DNA of 64,000 nucleotides, from the NCBI GenBank assembly GCA_004297735.1, contig SCTI01000002.1, positions 350,180 through 414,179 on the forward strand. The letters run 5' to 3'. The stretch is from Patescibacteria group bacterium (GTDB lineage Bacteria; Patescibacteriota; Saccharimonadia; UBA4664; SCTI01). Positions within the stretch are counted from its first letter, which is position 1, and every line of letters begins with the position of its first letter. Positions 1 through 8,977 of this stretch are shown piece after piece. Both the position numbers and the translations under genes were made by a program. The notes beneath the pieces are model-generated. The model ran no database searches and was not told where the DNA came from. It saw only the letters and a program-made list of their open reading frames with translations.

Positions 1-423
1 TGGATCAATCCCCATATTCTGAGAGACCATGTCTATCACGTGAAAAACCAGCTCTCCATGTTGGCCCAGGGCTGGTCTAACCGTGATAGCGGCTACATAG
101 TCAGGGGACGAATTGACCTTGAGCCGTGCAATACGACGATAGGCCGCCGCTAGCTCCTCCTTTATGACTGACACCTGAATACGCAGAAGATCTCGATCAG
201 CTTCTACGGAAGCGATCTTTTGCTTGGCGCCATGAAGAGCAGTGGTTGCGCGGGCGGCTTTGAGGGTGGCCTCAGCGGTTCTTCGCTCGGAGGCACCCAG
301 TTCTTTAAGAAGTTGGTTGTCTTCTTTTGCACTGGTTAGCTGATCAAGAGCTTCAGCCATTTTGGCCATCTCGCCCTCAAGCTGCTTCAGTCGTTCGCTA
401 TCGGACAGAGTGTTATTGGCCAT
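1..423 (-). CDS. hypothetical coiled-coil protein (partial, runs off window start)
   Basis: Minus-strand reading frame from ATG (complement of 421-423), MANNTLSDSERLKQLEGEMAKMAEALDQL..., continues to window edge; heptad-like charged coiled-coil. Not in ORF track because it has no stop inside the window. Confidence 0.4.
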   Translation of the reverse strand, partial: MANNTLSDSERLKQLEGEMAKMAEALDQLTSAKEDNQLLKELGASERRTAEATLKAARATTALHGAKQKIASVEADRDLLRIQVSVIKEELAAAYRRIARLKVNSSPDYVAAITVRPALGQHGELVFHVIDMVSQNMGIDP

Positions 424-569
424 CTGAACTCACTTTCAAAGATCGGAGGACTAGAGTTATATTGATGCCGAAATCCGGTTTTTACAAGCATAGGCGGTAT
501 TTTTAATAAAAGGAAGAATGGTAGTATAGGCACTGAAGATCAGCACTAAATATTTATGCAGGAGATTGG

Positions 570-1166
570 TTGATGTCGGGGGAGCGGTTCGGAAGTCCGG
601 GTGGTGAAATAAGGAAGTTTGAAGAAATAACCGAGAAGGATAAGCGTGACTTTAAGGCGCTGATACTAGAGCTAGCGAGCAGCCCCAGTTTGCTCAAAAG
701 CGCAACGATAGAGGTAGTAGAAGGCAATTTGTATGAAGAGATTTCTTACCAAATGAGAGACGGAAGAGTAATAATACTAGATGTTGATAAATCGAGCGAG
801 TTGCATCCAGATCCGCCAAGCTATTTTTCGGTAGGAATCAAGGAATCGGAGGGCATGAAATTGAATGAAGACGGAGAGCGTTATTCAATTACTAAATACT
901 ATGATATTCACGATAGCGTTGACACGATTCAGACTAGTATAGAGAGTAGTACCGACGAAGACTTTCACAATAACATGAGGCAAGAGGAGGGGGACAGTAC
1001 CGCGGTAATAAACCGCAAAGAGCAGCAGGAGGCTGATGTTGAAGATGGAAGGGTGCTTGAAGAAGAAATGGGTTTTTCTGATGCAAATGCAGAAGAGATA
1101 CGCGAGGTAATTCAAACCCTAAGAGCACTTAAGGAAGAGGTTATGGCTCCGCCGCCTTCTGCCTGA
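570..1166 (+). CDS. hypothetical acidic protein (198 aa), low-GC codon usage
   Basis: Long ORF, very Asp/Glu rich, AT-rich relative to neighbours. No recognisable motif. Confidence 0.45.
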   Translation: MMSGERFGSPGGEIRKFEEITEKDKRDFKALILELASSPSLLKSATIEVVEGNLYEEISYQMRDGRVIILDVDKSSELHPDPPSYFSVGIKESEGMKLNEDGERYSITKYYDIHDSVDTIQTSIESSTDEDFHNNMRQEEGDSTAVINRKEQQEADVEDGRVLEEEMGFSDANAEEIREVIQTLRALKEEVMAPPPSA

Positions 1167-1259
1167 GTAGGTATTTGTTATGCTACACTAACGGTGAAGT
1201 GAGCGGCCAAGTAGGCGGCTCGTTTTGTTCTTGTCCTTGTTTCAACCCGGGAGAATACT

Positions 1260-1529
1260 ATGCCGAATCCACCGGAGGCTTCTGACTTGGCGGTTGCTTT
1301 GGTGACTGCCGTTATCGCCCAGGACTCAGATGTTCAAGATGCCATGCTTGCACGCGCAACGGAAGAGCAGACAATTGGTGCCTGTCTGCTCTTGGCGTCG
1401 CTGGTTGCTATAACGGTTAGACAGACAGCCGAAGTTGAGGGCATCTCTCCCGAGGAGGTCTGGCAGTTGATTGCTCCAGCACTCAAGGCAATCGCGTCTC
1501 AAGGCGATGATGAAGTGGCCCCCGAGTAA
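1260..1529 (+). CDS. hypothetical protein (89 aa)
   Basis: ORF in same orientation as neighbours, no motif recognised. Confidence 0.35.
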   Translation: MPNPPEASDLAVALVTAVIAQDSDVQDAMLARATEEQTIGACLLLASLVAITVRQTAEVEGISPEEVWQLIAPALKAIASQGDDEVAPE

Positions 1530-1582
1530 TATCGGGGGCTGTAGTTTTTCGGGTATACTAAACAAGTAACGGGAGCTTTCTC

Positions 1583-2308
1583 ATGACAGAAACTAAAGTT
1601 TATCTCGATTTTTCCGGATTAAAGGCATTATTCATTAACTGCACCTTAAAAAAATCTCCGGAGGTAAGTAATACCGAGGGGCTTCTGAGTGTCAGTCGTG
1701 AAATTATGGAGAAGCACGGAGTTAAGACCGAGCTGATTCGAGCCATAGACCATGATATTGCGCAAGGAGTGTACCCAGACATGACCGAGCACGGCTGGGA
1801 TAGCGATGAGTGGCCGGAGCTTTATAAAAAGGTTCAGGCAGCGGACATTCTGGTGCTGACCGGGCCAATCTGGCTAGGAGATAATAGTTCAGAGATGAAA
1901 AAGGTGATTGAGCGACTGTATGCCTGTTCGTCCGAGCTAAATGATCGGGGACAGTATGCCTATTACGGCAAGGTTGGCGGATGTGTGATTACCGGCAATG
2001 AGGACGGAATTAAGCACTGCGCCATGAATGTTTTGTATAGCCTGCAGCATTTAGGCTACGTGATTCCGCCGCAGGCCGATGCCGGTTGGATTGGCGAGGT
2101 TGGGCCTGGTCCTTCGTATCTAGATAAAGGCTCGGGCGGTCCGGACAATGACTTTACCAACCGCAACACCACCTTTATGACCTGGAACTTGATGCATTTG
2201 GCGCGAATGCTTAAACAGGCTGGCGGCATGCCACCCTATGGCAACCAGCGGGCAGCTTGGGACGATGGCCAGCGCTTTGACTTTGAAAATCCAGAGTATC
2301 GCCGGTAA
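1583..2308 (+). CDS. flavodoxin-like fold NAD(P)H-dependent FMN reductase family protein
   Basis: Start preceded by gggag RBS. Layout KVYLDFSG...ILVLTGPIWLGDNSSEMKKVIERL...GKVGGCVITGNEDG is typical of NADPH-dependent FMN reductase / multimeric flavodoxin family proteins. Confidence 0.6.
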   Translation: MTETKVYLDFSGLKALFINCTLKKSPEVSNTEGLLSVSREIMEKHGVKTELIRAIDHDIAQGVYPDMTEHGWDSDEWPELYKKVQAADILVLTGPIWLGDNSSEMKKVIERLYACSSELNDRGQYAYYGKVGGCVITGNEDGIKHCAMNVLYSLQHLGYVIPPQADAGWIGEVGPGPSYLDKGSGGPDNDFTNRNTTFMTWNLMHLARMLKQAGGMPPYGNQRAAWDDGQRFDFENPEYRR

Positions 2309-2430
2309 TTCATTATTCACATTTTGCTTAAGGTATGAGAGCATCATGCTCTTGTCGGCGGACGTGATAGAATTATCCCAGGTGAGCTACGGCTCACATT
2401 TTTGTTCGCACAAGCGAAAGTGAGATTGAC

Positions 2431-3141
2431 ATGCTGAATGAGCGAAAGCCGCTAACACCCATGCAGATACTGGTATTGAGCTATATAGCTCAGGCAGATA
2501 TGGCGGCATCAAAGGCATCCACTTATAGTCTAACTTTTGAGTGGGCGTTATTCACCTCTGCCCCTTCTGCCCTAGGGGATGGAATAATTACTGCAATCGT
2601 TGCTGACGGGGTTTTTAATAGCCCTCGGGGCGTGCTGTTTCCCAAGTGGGGTAAGGGTGAGGTTGAGCAGTATTTGACCATTAAGCAGGCAGGGGAGCTA
2701 GCCCAGCATTTCAGGACTAAGGCCTCAGAGCTAGATCTAATTACCGAAAAATCGTGGAAGTGGTGGGATGTCTCCTTTTGGAGGGACGACTCACAGGAGT
2801 GGAGTATGGGTCGAAAAGAAGGTGAGGAAATTGCTATCGCCCTTGAAGCCGCCATCGACTTTGTCGTTTATGGGCCTCAGGAATGGCCGATTCCTAAGCC
2901 AACTCCAACTGCCATCGAAGATATACACAAGCCGGTTACCGGCGAGTGTTTCGATGATGAGACCAACGACTTCGTACCGGTAGAGCTGTGCGAGCATTGT
3001 TTTGCTCAGCCCGATTTACCCGATGGTCCGGCCCATGATGAGTTAGGGACATTCGAGGGTTACTACCATCGTCGCTGGCCATGCCCAACGATTCGGGCGC
3101 TGTGTGGAAAAATGTCTGCAGGAGGCGATAATGACGTTTGA
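2431..3141 (+). CDS. hypothetical protein with Cys-rich C-terminus (CEHC...CPTIRALC)
   Basis: 236-aa ORF. C-terminal CxxC...CxxxxxC could be a zinc ribbon. No family recognised. Confidence 0.45.
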   Translation: MLNERKPLTPMQILVLSYIAQADMAASKASTYSLTFEWALFTSAPSALGDGIITAIVADGVFNSPRGVLFPKWGKGEVEQYLTIKQAGELAQHFRTKASELDLITEKSWKWWDVSFWRDDSQEWSMGRKEGEEIAIALEAAIDFVVYGPQEWPIPKPTPTAIEDIHKPVTGECFDDETNDFVPVELCEHCFAQPDLPDGPAHDELGTFEGYYHRRWPCPTIRALCGKMSAGGDNDV

Positions 3142-3262
3142 AGAAAAGGCCGACTTGATTCTGAAGGCGGTCGCAGAGGAGTTCAACGTGTCAAAGTTCA
3201 CGGACCTCACTTTCGGGTGGGGTCCGCTTTGTTTTTACTTCTCTATGTTACTTATAACTTAA
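3131..3262 (+). CDS. small ORF (43 aa) with strong RBS
   Basis: aggagg 6 nt upstream of ATG at 3131, overlapping the stop of the preceding gene (ATGA-type coupling). Encodes MTFEEKADLILKAVAEEFNVSKFTDLTFGWGPLCFYFSMLLIT. Below the ORF-track length cutoff. Confidence 0.25.
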   Translation: MTFEEKADLILKAVAEEFNVSKFTDLTFGWGPLCFYFSMLLIT

Positions 3263-4149
3263 CTTCGTTTTACCTTGTAAACATCCTGGTAGTACCAGCT
3301 GGCTCCGGCGGCAACTAGCAGAATTAGGGCGATAGCGAGCAGGATACTAGATTGGTTGTTAAAGGTTGTAATGAAGGCGTTGTAGACGTTTTCGACCACG
3401 GTACGAACATTGGTGTCGGAGACCTGCGCCAGGATAGGTGGCTTAAACAACGGTCCAATCATGAGGGCGGTGATCCAGAATATACCCACAAAACCGGCTT
3501 GAACCGCCAGGACTACGTGCAGCGCCTTTAGATTTTGGCGTTGACGGTAAATTGGGTAGACCAATAGGCCAAGTGCGGCCAGTAGCGAGATGGGCCCTAG
3601 CCATAGCAACACCGTACCCATTACGTAAATGTTGGGCAGCTTGGTGGCGTCAACCAAGGTAATGGTGTCGGGGAGGTCTTCTGGGTTAAAGCGGTCTTCA
3701 TCAACCGTTTTACCGGTGGTTTGTTCAGCTAAGTCGAGCACCTTGGTGATTGTGTCCTTGATTGGAACCAGGTTGATTTCGATCGACTGGGGATCTTTTG
3801 AGGTGATGATGGTGTGTAATCGGCTGATGCTACGTTCCACCACTGTTTCGGCGACGTTTGAATCAAGTAGTCCTGCGACTAGCTTGGTGGCCGGTTCTTG
3901 AATTGCGCGCTGTGCTACGGGTCGGTTTTGGAGGGCCTTGTCGACCACCGCAGTGGCGAGGGCGGTCCGGCTGGAGTCGCTAAGTAGCGCCTCGGTTGTA
4001 ACATTGGTGAAGTTGGTGGTGTTAAAGATGTAGTTGTTAAACCAGAGCGCCGAGTTGGCAATAAGTAATAGTAGGCTGGCGCCAAAAGCGGTCCCAATTA
4101 AAACTCGCATCCGTACGGTTAGGCTTGAGTTTGTCTGTGTGTTCGCCAT
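3259..4149 (-). CDS. hypothetical membrane protein (N-terminal TM, C-terminal TM cluster)
   Basis: 296-aa ORF with hydrophobic N-terminal anchor and several C-terminal TM helices. Confidence 0.5.
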   Translation of the reverse strand: MANTQTNSSLTVRMRVLIGTAFGASLLLLIANSALWFNNYIFNTTNFTNVTTEALLSDSSRTALATAVVDKALQNRPVAQRAIQEPATKLVAGLLDSNVAETVVERSISRLHTIITSKDPQSIEINLVPIKDTITKVLDLAEQTTGKTVDEDRFNPEDLPDTITLVDATKLPNIYVMGTVLLWLGPISLLAALGLLVYPIYRQRQNLKALHVVLAVQAGFVGIFWITALMIGPLFKPPILAQVSDTNVRTVVENVYNAFITTFNNQSSILLAIALILLVAAGASWYYQDVYKVKRS

Positions 4150-4324
4150 AGTTACAACCCTTTATACAGCCATAATACACCTATGTTGTAAGTAATCAAC
4201 AACAGATCTTACAAAGTGGCAGTTGTAATTGTGGCAATTGCCAAAGCTAGATGATGGCTGCGGGAGTAAGCTAAAAGTGTAAGTTAACATAGCAGCAGAT
4301 CGGGGATGCCGCGGAGGAGGAGTT

Positions 4325-4750
4325 ATGGCAACAACAACAACCAAAACAACCGGCTGGGTTGGCTGGGTAGCATTTGGGGCGGCGATGATGATGCTATCGG
4401 GGGTGTACCAACTAGTCGTTGGCTTTGCCGCCATTTTTAACAGTGACTGGCTAGTATTTGCTAACCAGGGGGTTTACTTGCTGGATTTGACCTCGTGGGG
4501 CTGGGTACATGCCTTGCTGGGTGTCCTGCTGATTGGCTCGGGCATCTCGCTGTTTAGCGGCAGCGCGCTAGGGCGAGCCGTTGGCACCGTGGTGGTGTCT
4601 TTGGCAATTTTGGCAAACCTGCTCTTCTTGTTTGCTCTACCGGTCTGGTCGGTAATGGCCTTGATCGTTGATTCTTTGGTACTTTACGCAATCTTGGCTC
4701 ATGGCGACGAAATGAAGCCGTTGGCTGAAACTAGCGATCACAACTATTAA
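4325..4750 (+). CDS. hypothetical small integral membrane protein
   Basis: 141 aa with 4 predicted TM helices. Preferred over the overlapping antisense 90-aa ORF. Confidence 0.5.
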   Translation: MATTTTKTTGWVGWVAFGAAMMMLSGVYQLVVGFAAIFNSDWLVFANQGVYLLDLTSWGWVHALLGVLLIGSGISLFSGSALGRAVGTVVVSLAILANLLFLFALPVWSVMALIVDSLVLYAILAHGDEMKPLAETSDHNY

Positions 4751-4818
4751 GCGGGTAATGGTTGACGCGGTTAAAACAATGGGTCTAGTATGACCTCAGG
4801 ATTAGACCAAAGGTAAAA

Positions 4819-5946
4819 ATGTCTCAGCTACAGACCGGCATTTCGGCGGCGGCGGCCGACCGCATAGCACTTAGGTGGTATGCGGTTCCGGCCGTTGTTG
4901 TTGGCTTGGTGGCTCTGGCATGGTTCGTAGCCAGTGGCGCCCCAACCATTGGAATCACCGGTGAGCTGTCTATAGCCAGGATAGCAATTTATGGTACTTT
5001 GGTGGCTGGTATTTTGGTGTTTGGTTACGCCTATCGTTACGGTCAGATTAACCGAGGTGCATGGCAAAAACTGAACGGTCCTACCCGGGCTCTAGATATT
5101 ACAACCCTGACCATATCCCATGCCGTGGTTGTGGTGGCGCTGGTGGCCTTACTATGTTTTGTGCTTACCAATGCTTTTAAGGGCTTGATGTTTGACCCAT
5201 ATACAGCCGCCTTATTGGTGTCGGCGATGGTCGGTATGGCTAGCTACGCGTTAATTATTTTGGCGCTGAATATTAATATTGGCCAGATTGTGGCGATGCT
5301 GGCAGTGGTATTAATTGGAGGAGTGTTGTTGGCGATGGTAACAAACCAGCAGGCCAATTGGTGGCAGATCAACTTTAGCTACCTGGGGTCGGCCGACTCA
5401 GCCAACAGCTTAGCTTTCAACCTAACCTTGGTATTTTCTGGCTTGATGATGGTGGCACTATCGCGGTTTGTTTTTGACCAGCCAAAACAGCTTTACGGTA
5501 AATCAGCCCAGCACATCAAAATCCTGGAGGGACTGTTTATAGCTACAGCCTTGGCTTTAGCAGGAGTTGGCCTGTTTCCTTACACGCCAGATACTATTTT
5601 GGTATATCTACATAACTGGTCGGCGACCTTGCTAGTAGTATTTATCTTGGCAATGATAGTCGGCTTACGCTGGTATGTTCCATCCATTTCGCGCGAGTTT
5701 ACCTATACCTCATACATGATCGCTCTAGTGTTAACGATAATGGTTTGGTTATTCCAGGGTATTGGGTATTTGAGTTTAACCGCCTTCGAACTAAGCGCCT
5801 TTGGCGTAAGTTTTGTCTGGCTGGTGCTGCTAATGCGCAACTTGCAGTTATTGCCGAAGCCAGATCCTGCGAGGCAGGAGCAGGTGGTGCCGGCTAAGGT
5901 CCAGGCTAAAAGCCCCGCTCGACGACCCTCGGTTGTCAGTATTTAA
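4819..5946 (+). CDS. hypothetical polytopic membrane protein (about 10 TM)
   Basis: 375 aa, almost entirely hydrophobic helices; RBS-like aaagg upstream. Confidence 0.5.
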   Translation: MSQLQTGISAAAADRIALRWYAVPAVVVGLVALAWFVASGAPTIGITGELSIARIAIYGTLVAGILVFGYAYRYGQINRGAWQKLNGPTRALDITTLTISHAVVVVALVALLCFVLTNAFKGLMFDPYTAALLVSAMVGMASYALIILALNINIGQIVAMLAVVLIGGVLLAMVTNQQANWWQINFSYLGSADSANSLAFNLTLVFSGLMMVALSRFVFDQPKQLYGKSAQHIKILEGLFIATALALAGVGLFPYTPDTILVYLHNWSATLLVVFILAMIVGLRWYVPSISREFTYTSYMIALVLTIMVWLFQGIGYLSLTAFELSAFGVSFVWLVLLMRNLQLLPKPDPARQEQVVPAKVQAKSPARRPSVVSI

Positions 5947-6226
5947 GTAGCTGGTCGGTGTCGCTGGGTGCGGCGGCTTGATCTGTAGATCGCTTGCGCC
6001 GTTTGGCAAAAAAGCGCCAGGCAAAAATACCGACCGCTACCGCTAGCAAGATTGCTCCGCCCCAAAACAGTAGGCCGGGACCGGTGTTTGGTAGAGGCAG
6101 ATTAAAGCCACCGGTGCTATCGGTGCTGCCGTAGCGCAGACCCCCATAAGTACCTTCGCCGTAAGCTTGGGCTCGAAGTACCAAGTGAGATAAAAACTGC
6201 ATAAGCTGACTAAATACTTCCACCAA
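5936..6226 (-). CDS. small hypothetical membrane protein with LPNTG-like motif followed by TM and basic cluster
   Basis: 96-aa ORF; LPNTGPGLLFWGGAILLAVAVGIFAWRFFAKRRKRS resembles a sortase sorting signal, but there is no N-terminal signal peptide and an extra 17-aa tail. Weak call. Confidence 0.3.
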   Translation of the reverse strand: MVEVFSQLMQFLSHLVLRAQAYGEGTYGGLRYGSTDSTGGFNLPLPNTGPGLLFWGGAILLAVAVGIFAWRFFAKRRKRSTDQAAAPSDTDQLLKY

Positions 6227-6282
6227 ATTACCCTTTTACAATGCTTATGCTCATGATATCATAAACTTAACGTGTGATTTAA

Positions 6283-6510
6283 GTGGGGAAGGAAAAAGTA
6301 GTGTTTTTTGGCAAGTTTGAAGAATTGTTAATCATCCTCCTGATCGTTTTGATCTTGTTCGGAGGCAAGAAGATTCCTGAATTGGCTCGCAGCATCGGTA
6401 CTTCGGTACGTGAAGTCCGCAAGGGTGTTCGCGGCGAAGATGACGATAGTCAGGTTAAGACCGCTCAGACTACTCGCAGCAGCAAGACCGCAGCCGCTAA
6501 GAAGAGCTAG
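6283..6510 (+). CDS. tatA: twin-arginine translocase subunit TatA/E
   Basis: N-terminal TM helix then amphipathic helix (LLIILLIVLILFGGKKIPELARSIG). Likely true start is GTG at 6301 after ggaaggaaaaag RBS. Confidence 0.7.
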   Translation: MGKEKVVFFGKFEELLIILLIVLILFGGKKIPELARSIGTSVREVRKGVRGEDDDSQVKTAQTTRSSKTAAAKKS

Positions 6511-6516
6511 ATATCG

Positions 6517-7482
6517 GTGGCGACAACCACTGCTATCCATCATGGCCACCAGCCGTTTCTCGACCATATGTACGAGCTTCGGTCCAGAGTGCTTTGGTCG
6601 GTGGCAGTGGTTTTTGCTGGGGCGGCGATTGGATATTTATTCCGCAACCAGCTGATTAGCGCCTTGGCCCAGCCACTCAATATGCCGCTTTATTACACCT
6701 CGCCCAGCGGTGGTTTTTTGTTTGTCATGCAGGTGTGCATGCTGGCTGGTGGACTGATTGCTCTGCCGGTATTTTTGTATAACGGCATCCGTTTTTTTGA
6801 GCCGGCCTTTGCAAAAAGCCGGCTGAGTCGTCAAAAAATTGGGGTCATTATTGCGGCCTCGGCGGTACTGGCAACCGCCGGAGTGCTATTTGCTTACGTC
6901 GTGGTGCTACCAGCTTCGATTCACTTTTTTAGCATGTTTAATGTTGGGCCAGTAAACGCTTGGATTTCGGCAAAAGAGTATTTAACCTTTGCCACCAGCT
7001 ACCTCATGTTGATGGCCTTTTTGTTTCAGCTCCCGCTGATTTTACTGGTGGCTAACTCGATTCGGCGCTTTCCGCCCGGATCAATTGGTAAGTGGCGCAA
7101 ATGGGTGGTGATTGGCAGTTTTGTGGTAGCGGTCCCGCTAACTTACGACATTATGAGCCAAGTTTTAATGGCGGTGCCAATTATTTTGCTTTATGAAATT
7201 TCCGGCTTAATGGTTTGGTCGTTTAATCGGCGACATCATCAAAGGCAGGCGATGATGAGCCATGGAATAACCGGTCTAGAAGATGTTCAATGGGTGGAGC
7301 CAGACCTGCTGGCCGCTTACTTGCAGAGTCAGTCTAATCAGCAAGAGCCGGCTCCGGTCGTGGCGGCTGCGACCGATCCAGCTCCTATTAACGATCAACC
7401 GTTTATGGAAGCACCCCATGTCGAGCCGACTACTCCAACTAAAACCACTCTTGACCAGTCCGGCCCGCTTCAGTTAGGATAA
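6517..7482 (+). CDS. tatC: twin-arginine translocase subunit TatC
   Basis: GTG start 7 nt after the tatA stop. N-terminal FLDHMYELRSR TatC signature and 6 TM helices. Confidence 0.85.
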   Translation: MATTTAIHHGHQPFLDHMYELRSRVLWSVAVVFAGAAIGYLFRNQLISALAQPLNMPLYYTSPSGGFLFVMQVCMLAGGLIALPVFLYNGIRFFEPAFAKSRLSRQKIGVIIAASAVLATAGVLFAYVVVLPASIHFFSMFNVGPVNAWISAKEYLTFATSYLMLMAFLFQLPLILLVANSIRRFPPGSIGKWRKWVVIGSFVVAVPLTYDIMSQVLMAVPIILLYEISGLMVWSFNRRHHQRQAMMSHGITGLEDVQWVEPDLLAAYLQSQSNQQEPAPVVAAATDPAPINDQPFMEAPHVEPTTPTKTTLDQSGPLQLG

Positions 7483-7513
7483 GCACAAGCATTAAAACAG
7501 ACATAGGAGTTAT

Positions 7514-7732
7514 ATGGCTAAGTTACTTGACGATGTTTTATCGCAAGAGATGGATCGCAAAGAGTTTTTGGTGCGCGTCGGTGCCGGTGCCATGGCACTT
7601 GTTGGCATCTCGGGAATGATCAAGGGTCTTACCGGTACAATGGGCGGCGGCCAGGTTAACGGTTACGGATCGGGTTCCTACGGTGGGGTTGAGCCAAGCC
7701 AGCATCAAGCTGGTTCCACCAAACCTTTCTAG
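7514..7732 (+). CDS. small glycine-rich protein with Tat-like signal peptide (RKEFLV)
   Basis: aggag RBS. N-terminus MDRKEFLVRVGAGAMALVGISG resembles the (S/T)RRxFLK motif with an R-K variant and an h-region. The remainder is Gly-rich. Confidence 0.4.
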   Translation: MAKLLDDVLSQEMDRKEFLVRVGAGAMALVGISGMIKGLTGTMGGGQVNGYGSGSYGGVEPSQHQAGSTKPF

Positions 7733-7749
7733 AAGGTTCAAACTTTAAA

Positions 7750-7775
7750 AAGCCGGCAGTTAGCCGGTTTTTTTG
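7750..7775 (+). terminator. rho-independent terminator after the tat cluster
   Basis: ccggc-agtta-gccgg stem followed by a T7 run. Confidence 0.5.
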
Positions 7776-8002
7776 TGCTTACAAAACCCTTGCGCTTATA
7801 AAAATAAACGCTTATGCTATATATAGAGTTATAAATAATACAAAAGCTCTATATATGGTGTAAAAACACAAGCAAGGGGGATACATGGTTGAGGGGGAAA
7901 ACCAAAAGATACAAAATACAAACAAACAATCACGTGCCATTGGGAGGGCGCACGCGCCACCACAAATAAGCTAATATCGAACGCTAGTCAGATGTCAGAG
8001 CT

Positions 8003-8049
8003 AAAAGCCTCCAAACCTGGAGGCTTTTCATTTATTTTTAGGTCAGTAC
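8003..8049 (+). terminator. rho-independent terminator in the 300-bp AT-rich spacer
   Basis: aagcctcc-aaacct-ggaggctt stem followed by ttcatttattttt; no long ORF upstream of it. Confidence 0.4.
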
Positions 8050-8161
8050 CTTAATTTAATAATTATTTAATATTTGATTGTTATTATCCAAATACGATCA
8101 ATTGCTCTTTGGGCGAAAGATCCGCATAATATCAAATAATTGCGAGGGAAAGGCAAAAACC

Positions 8162-8860
8162 GTGCGCATATTGGTAATTGAAGACGATTCAGCGATGGTA
8201 GCGGCGATCCGGCGCAGTCTACAGTCGAACTACATTATCGATGTAGCGACAAATGGACACGATGGACTGCACTTGGCTGACATCAACCAGTATGACTTGG
8301 TAATGCTAGATCTTAGCTTGCCCGACTGCTCCGGCTTAACGGTTTGCAGTAAGTTGAGGGCAAATGGTTACACCACACCGATTTTGGTGGTAACCGCTCG
8401 TGCTGAGGTCCAGGACAAGGTTTCGCTGCTAGATGTAGGGGCTGATGACTACCTGACCAAGCCCTTTAGCTTAGACGAACTTAAGGCGCGTATTCGAGCG
8501 TTGCTCCGCCGCGAGGGCGGCACCAGCTACAACAGTCAAATTGTGGTGGGTGATCTGGTGGTTGATACCGCGAGTCGTAGCGTTTCGATGCGCGGCCAAT
8601 CGGTTCCGTTGCGTCGCAAAGAGTTTGATTTGCTAGAATATCTGGCTCGCAGTGCCGGCAAGACTCTGACCCGCCAAATGATCCTAGATCATGTTTGGGA
8701 GATGAATGACAACATTTGGACCAATGCAATTGATGTGCATATTAAATACTTGCGCGACAAAATCGACCGTCGGTTTGGTGTGCGGATGATACAGACGGTC
8801 CATGGAATTGGCTACAAGTTGGAATTACCGCAACCAGCAATCGGTGGCAAAAGGAGGTGA
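8162..8860 (+). CDS. OmpR-family response regulator
   Basis: GTG start after gggaaagg RBS. Receiver domain (VRILVIEDD...LVMLDLSLPD...TKPF) plus winged-helix C-terminus. Confidence 0.85.
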   Translation: MRILVIEDDSAMVAAIRRSLQSNYIIDVATNGHDGLHLADINQYDLVMLDLSLPDCSGLTVCSKLRANGYTTPILVVTARAEVQDKVSLLDVGADDYLTKPFSLDELKARIRALLRREGGTSYNSQIVVGDLVVDTASRSVSMRGQSVPLRRKEFDLLEYLARSAGKTLTRQMILDHVWEMNDNIWTNAIDVHIKYLRDKIDRRFGVRMIQTVHGIGYKLELPQPAIGGKRR

Positions 8861-8977
8861 TGAGTATGAGTGAGATCATTGAAGCGGTTTTAACCGATAC
8901 CAGCGTTCGCGACCAAGAAAAGTTAGCGAAGGTGGTAGCCCAACAGGCCGGGGAGTTCATTCCATGGGGGTCATAGG

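Noticed and set aside
885-1128. Minus-strand 76- and 64-aa ORFs inside the acidic-protein gene
   Set aside because: Antisense to a longer ORF, no RBS, junk-like composition.
4162-4434. 90-aa minus-strand ORF overlapping the 141-aa membrane protein gene
   Set aside because: Overlaps a better-supported plus-strand membrane protein; Pro/Thr-rich, likely a frame artefact.
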